Position numbers and translations under genes: made by a program
Source: Nitrospirota bacterium
GTDB taxonomy: Bacteria; Nitrospirota; Nitrospiria; Nitrospirales; Nitrospiraceae
Assembly (NCBI GenBank): GCA_963701855.1
Contig: CAVPBK010000004.1
Span: 32,001-96,000 of the forward strand
Direction: 5' to 3'
DNA length: 64,000 bases
The notes under the pieces: model-generated
What the model was told of the DNA's origin: nothing
Database searches by the model: none
The model's input: only the letters and a program-made list of their open reading frames with translations
Shown here: positions 59,875-64,000 of the stretch, piece after piece
Position numbering within the stretch: position 1 is the stretch's first letter
Layout of the letters: every line of letters starts with the position of its first letter

Positions 59875-62427
59875 TCAACTCACCGACCCCAAATCCAATT
59901 TCGATTTCCACCGCCGCAGCATCGTCTCTCGCAAGGCACGATACACCGGCGCATTCAGTTGTGGGTCCTGCTTCAAAAGCGCGAAAGCCTCCTGCCGCGC
60001 CTGCTGAAGCAGATCGGCATCCCGCACCAGGTTCGCGGCGCGAAACTCCGGCATGCCCCACTGCCGAAATCCAAAAAACTCACCAGGCCCACGAATGCGG
60101 AGATCTTCCTCAGCGATCACAAACCCGTCGGTCGACCGTACGAGCGCGTCCAGCCGCTCTCGGGCCGCCGATGGCTGTTCGCCGGCTGCTTTGGGCTTCG
60201 CCGATCGAAACAGCACTCCGCCCGAGGCCATCAGCAGACAATAGGACTGGTGTCCGCTTCGTCCAACGCGTCCGCGCAATTGGTGTAACTGCGCCAGCCC
60301 GAATCGCTCGGCATGCTCGATCATCATGACTGTGGCATTGGGCACATCCACCCCGACCTCCACCACCGTCGTCGAGACCAGAACCTGGACATCCCCCTTC
60401 TTATACGATGTCATGACCCGTTCTTTCTCTTCCGACTTCATCCGGCCATGCACAAGCCCGACGCGAAACTCAGCCAACTCCTCAGCTTGTAACTGTTCAG
60501 CGCCTTGCATGGCCGCTTGCAGATCGGTCTTCTCTGATTCCTCGACCAACGGATACACCACATAGGCCTGCCGGCCACTCCGCAGTTCGTCGCGGAGGAT
60601 CTGATAGGCCCGCCCACGTTGGCCGTCGCTTAAGAGAAATGTCCTCACCGGCTTTCGCCCCGGCGGCATCTGGTCGATCACCGAAACATCCAGATCCCCA
60701 TACACCGTCATGGCCAGCGTGCGTGGAATTGGTGTCGCAGTCAGCACCAGCACATCGGGCTTATAGCCTTTCTCGATGAGCGTCTTCCGTTGGAGAACGC
60801 CAAATCGATGTTGCTCATCCACCACCGCCAAGCCAAGTTTCGCGAAGGTGACGCCTTGCTGAATGATCGCATGGGTCCCAATCACGACTTGTGCAGTCCC
60901 TGAGGCCACCTGTCCGAGAATGGCTTTACGCGCTGCGGCGCGACCACCACCGCTCACGAGCACCACGGAAAGCCCGAGCGGTTCCAACAGACTTTTCATC
61001 GTCCGATAGTGTTGCTCGGCAAGAATTTCCGTCGGCGCCATCAATGCCGCCTGATAGCCCGATCCACAGGCCAGCACCATCGCCTGCACCGCCACGATGG
61101 TTTTGCCGGACCCGACATCGCCCTGCACTAGACGGTTCATCGGTTTGCGCGACGTCATGTCCGACAGAATCTCGCGGATCACCCGTGCTTGCGCCTCGGT
61201 CAACTGAAAAGGCAGTGCCCGGTCCAGCTTGCCGAGAAGTGGTGTCTTCGGATTGAACGACACCTGCTTGACCTCTTCCTTCATCACTCGTTGTCGCGAC
61301 GCCAAAGCGAGTTGGAGCACAAACAGTTCTTCGAACGCCAAGCGACGATGCGCCGGCGTGAGACCTCGATCGAGCTGTCCTCCATCCGTTCCTGACTGTG
61401 GAAAATGCACATCCTGAATGGCTTGTTGAATGGGCAGCAACCGATAGCGAGCACGAAGCGGAACCGGCAACACCTCCTGCGCCTCGGCAGCATGCACGTC
61501 CAGTAAACCTTTCATCAATGCGCGCATCTGCCGGGACGTCCACCCCTTGGTTTCGTGGTATACCGGAACGATCCGCCCCACGTGCAGCGGCGCTTCGGCT
61601 TCCACTCCCACCACTTCGTATTGCGCCACCTCCATCCTCGTAGCCACCCACCCCTGCGCGCCGGCCACCACCCGCCCGGTCAGCATGACGCTCGTCCCGA
61701 CGGTGAAAAGCTGTTCCAGAAACGGCTGATTAAAGAACACCGACTGGAGACGCCCGGTTGAATCCTCCACCACAATGTCGAGGATGGTGAGGCGGCGATT
61801 GCGGGCTCGTTTCGCCTCGCTTCGGACGATCGTGCCGCAGATCGAAGCCTGCACACCTGGCACCAGTTGCCCTATCGGGGTCATGACCGAGCGATCCTCA
61901 TAGCGCCAAGGGAGGGTCCATAGGGCATCCTCAACCGTCTCGATACCGAACCGTTGCAGCAGCAATGCGCGCTTCGGGCCGACTCCCTTCGCGAAACGAA
62001 TGGGCTGCTCCCACCATGCACGCGATGGGGTGTCGTTCATGGCAGGCACAGGCACTGCGATAGGCTCCGGCTCCTGCCAGTCCCTAGCCGAATCGTGAAC
62101 GGCCTTGCGCAAGACTCCAAGAATGACCGTGGCTTCCTGCAGCCGGCGCTGCTGGTCTTCTGCCGGGAGCCGCTGCTGGTCTTCAGGAAATAGCTCACGC
62201 AGCTGGAGCAACGCCGCTTCAATCGCTCGTGGATAGACGCGATCCGACAGGGCCTGCATCACCTGTGAGGAGACGAAACGATTCAGATTCTTGACGGTGG
62301 GCAGATGTGCGAACGCATCGCGTGTCGCGAATTCGATCGGACGCGCGACACGGTTCAGCCATTGCTGAAACTGTTCAGGGGGGTTGGGCTCGGAAGAGCG
62401 CCGTATCACAGTGGCGGATCGTATCAT
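59875..62427 (-). CDS. recG: ATP-dependent DNA helicase RecG (N-terminally extended)
   Basis: QGDVGSGKT, MAPTEILAEQH, DEQHRFG, TATPIPRT, QLHQLRGRVGR, DLRIRGPGE. Confidence 0.96.
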   Translation of the reverse strand: MIRSATVIRRSSEPNPPEQFQQWLNRVARPIEFATRDAFAHLPTVKNLNRFVSSQVMQALSDRVYPRAIEAALLQLRELFPEDQQRLPAEDQQRRLQEATVILGVLRKAVHDSARDWQEPEPIAVPVPAMNDTPSRAWWEQPIRFAKGVGPKRALLLQRFGIETVEDALWTLPWRYEDRSVMTPIGQLVPGVQASICGTIVRSEAKRARNRRLTILDIVVEDSTGRLQSVFFNQPFLEQLFTVGTSVMLTGRVVAGAQGWVATRMEVAQYEVVGVEAEAPLHVGRIVPVYHETKGWTSRQMRALMKGLLDVHAAEAQEVLPVPLRARYRLLPIQQAIQDVHFPQSGTDGGQLDRGLTPAHRRLAFEELFVLQLALASRQRVMKEEVKQVSFNPKTPLLGKLDRALPFQLTEAQARVIREILSDMTSRKPMNRLVQGDVGSGKTIVAVQAMVLACGSGYQAALMAPTEILAEQHYRTMKSLLEPLGLSVVLVSGGGRAAARKAILGQVASGTAQVVIGTHAIIQQGVTFAKLGLAVVDEQHRFGVLQRKTLIEKGYKPDVLVLTATPIPRTLAMTVYGDLDVSVIDQMPPGRKPVRTFLLSDGQRGRAYQILRDELRSGRQAYVVYPLVEESEKTDLQAAMQGAEQLQAEELAEFRVGLVHGRMKSEEKERVMTSYKKGDVQVLVSTTVVEVGVDVPNATVMMIEHAERFGLAQLHQLRGRVGRSGHQSYCLLMASGGVLFRSAKPKAAGEQPSAARERLDALVRSTDGFVIAEEDLRIRGPGEFFGFRQWGMPEFRAANLVRDADLLQQARQEAFALLKQDPQLNAPVYRALRETMLRRWKSKLDLGSVS

Positions 62428-62454
62428 AGCCTCTTCTTCTCCTCAACGAGCAGG

Positions 62455-62512
62455 ACTGGTTTCTCTTGTTTGGTTGAACCAAATAAACCAGATAAACAAA
62501 ACAAATGAACCG
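62455..62512. repeat. Degenerate family D 9-bp palindrome
   Basis: ggtttctct tgtttggtt g aaccaaata aaccagata aacaaaaca. Confidence 0.6.
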
Positions 62513-62617
62513 ATTTCGCGTGTTTTCACACGGCCCGTCTCGCCTTTCGATTTGTCGACAATCCTTTGTTGCGCTTGCCTAGGGTGATACATTGAGTTTC
62601 ATCCTCATGGGGTCTGT

Positions 62618-64000
62618 ATGTACCGTCGCAATATTTTTCACATTTTATATCCTGTCGCCTGCCTCATCGGGCTGTTCGTCGTTTATCAAGCTTGGTTCAA
62701 ACCAACCTATCTGCCTACGCCGCCACCTGATCAGCCCAATGCCGTCGTGGAAATTCCACAAAACACGACGCCAGAACCGCAGCAAGATAGCCCGACGGAA
62801 TCGCAACCTAAACAAACTCGCCTGATCGATCCCAGCGTAGTCCCGAAAACGACGCATCACGAACTATTGGAGACAATCCGCGACGAGATCGAAAAAGGAA
62901 ATGTCAAAACAGCGGAGACTAAACTGGCGGATCTGCCGGCAGCCGTCGCAGACGACAACCGCACACGCCCCTATGTATCCATCCTCTGGAACAATCTGGG
63001 CATTCAACAGGAAAAGCATGGCGGGACCTCCGTTTCGATCAAGGCCTTCAAGAAAGCGGCATCACTCGATGCGAAGAATCCCGTCGTCCAATTGAACCTC
63101 GCCCATGCCTACTGGGAACTGCGCGATCCGGCCATGACGCAGGACTTTCTCGAACAGCTGGTCGCCCTGGCTCCAAGCGAGCCCTTCCCCCATCTGGCGC
63201 TGGCCGATCTCTTTCAGGACCGTGATCAGCTCGGCGAGGCAGCTCGCCATCTCGATCAAGCCACCGCCCTCGCAGGCAAAGACCCAGCGGTGCAATCCTA
63301 TCTGCGAACCGTTACGGCCAAAGTTCGTGGAACCGAGAAAAGCGAAGCGCAACTGATCAGCCGAAACAGTACGCACTTTACCGTGAAATTCGACGGGGAA
63401 GCCAATCAGGCGACTTGGGCCGTTGTGTTGGAGATTCTTGAAGAAGCCTATCGAGAGATCGGCCAAAAGTTCGGGCACTTTCCGACGAAAACCATCGTCG
63501 TCGTTCTGCACGCCAAGTCCACGTTTCAAAGTGCGACCGGTAGTCCTATGTGGGCCGATGGGCTTTTTGATCCCGTGCTCGGGCGCATCCAGGTTCCTGC
63601 GCAGGACGCCTTGGCAGACCGTGCCTGGCTCACACGAGTACTGCGACATGAGTTTGTACACGCCCTCCTGCACAACCAACTCGGCCCCGCCGGCAGCGCG
63701 ATCCCAACCTGGCTGAACGAAGGCTTGGCCATGGAATTGTCCGGAGATCGCTGGTCGGATCTCGACCAGATTATGAAGCAGGAGTTTACACTGATTCCTC
63801 TGCCGGCCTTGGAGGGGGGATGGGGAGGACTGTCCAGCGATGCCGCGACCGTGGCCTATCTGGAGGCGAACTCGGCTGTGCACTATCTAATCGACCACTA
63901 TGGCATGCCTCGGGTGCAAGAACTCCTCACGCAGCTCAGGGCGAGGCAAGCGCTCTCTGCCGCCATGCAATCGCAGCTCTCGATGTCGTACGAGCAATTC
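62618..64000 (+). CDS. Membrane-anchored TPR + MA-clan zinc metallopeptidase (runs off the window edge)
   Basis: Not in the ORF track. Manual translation from ATG 62618: MYRRNIFHILYPVACLIGLFVVY (TM), Pro-rich linker, TPRs (WNNLG..LNLAHAY), HEFVH and PTWLNEGLA. Confidence 0.88.
   Translation, partial: MYRRNIFHILYPVACLIGLFVVYQAWFKPTYLPTPPPDQPNAVVEIPQNTTPEPQQDSPTESQPKQTRLIDPSVVPKTTHHELLETIRDEIEKGNVKTAETKLADLPAAVADDNRTRPYVSILWNNLGIQQEKHGGTSVSIKAFKKAASLDAKNPVVQLNLAHAYWELRDPAMTQDFLEQLVALAPSEPFPHLALADLFQDRDQLGEAARHLDQATALAGKDPAVQSYLRTVTAKVRGTEKSEAQLISRNSTHFTVKFDGEANQATWAVVLEILEEAYREIGQKFGHFPTKTIVVVLHAKSTFQSATGSPMWADGLFDPVLGRIQVPAQDALADRAWLTRVLRHEFVHALLHNQLGPAGSAIPTWLNEGLAMELSGDRWSDLDQIMKQEFTLIPLPALEGGWGGLSSDAATVAYLEANSAVHYLIDHYGMPRVQELLTQLRARQALSAAMQSQLSMSYEQF

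Noticed and set aside
63062..63883. 273-aa minus-strand ORF in the track
   Set aside because: Antisense shadow of the plus-strand TPR-metallopeptidase, which has clear HEXXH and NEGLA motifs

Overview
Bacterial chromosomal window, most likely from a Nitrospira-like genome (inferred from gene content and the gatC-panD-gatA-DUF948-YtxH-gatB order, not from a database search). Bases 1-17.7 kb are the upstream part of a large minus-strand surface/exo-polysaccharide locus. It is headed by a UpxY/RfaH-type antiterminator and includes two short OPX export proteins, an outer-membrane beta-barrel, DUF4910, an NDP-sugar C-methyltransferase, a UXS-like epimerase, Ugd, a putative Fe(II)/2OG oxygenase, RfbF, a PIG-L deacetylase, Wzm/Wzt and glycosyltransferases. 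Bases 20-48 kb are mostly housekeeping genes (glgA, recO, mgtE, era, ftsB, eno, gatCAB, panD, glmS, glmU, tmk, holB, metG, scpAB), with small foreign-looking inserts and an AT-richer patch inside metG. Bases 48-60 kb are a patchwork of accessory genes, toxin-antitoxin remnants and pseudogenes, followed by ppx, recG and a TPR-metallopeptidase. The most unusual signal is non-coding: at least six families of palindromic intergenic elements. These include a long imperfect hairpin with a conserved core and variable complementary arms that nests inside itself, MITE-like shells carrying different hairpin cargos, and 7-bp and 9-bp periodic palindromes. I saw no rRNA, tRNA, CRISPR array or intact transposase.
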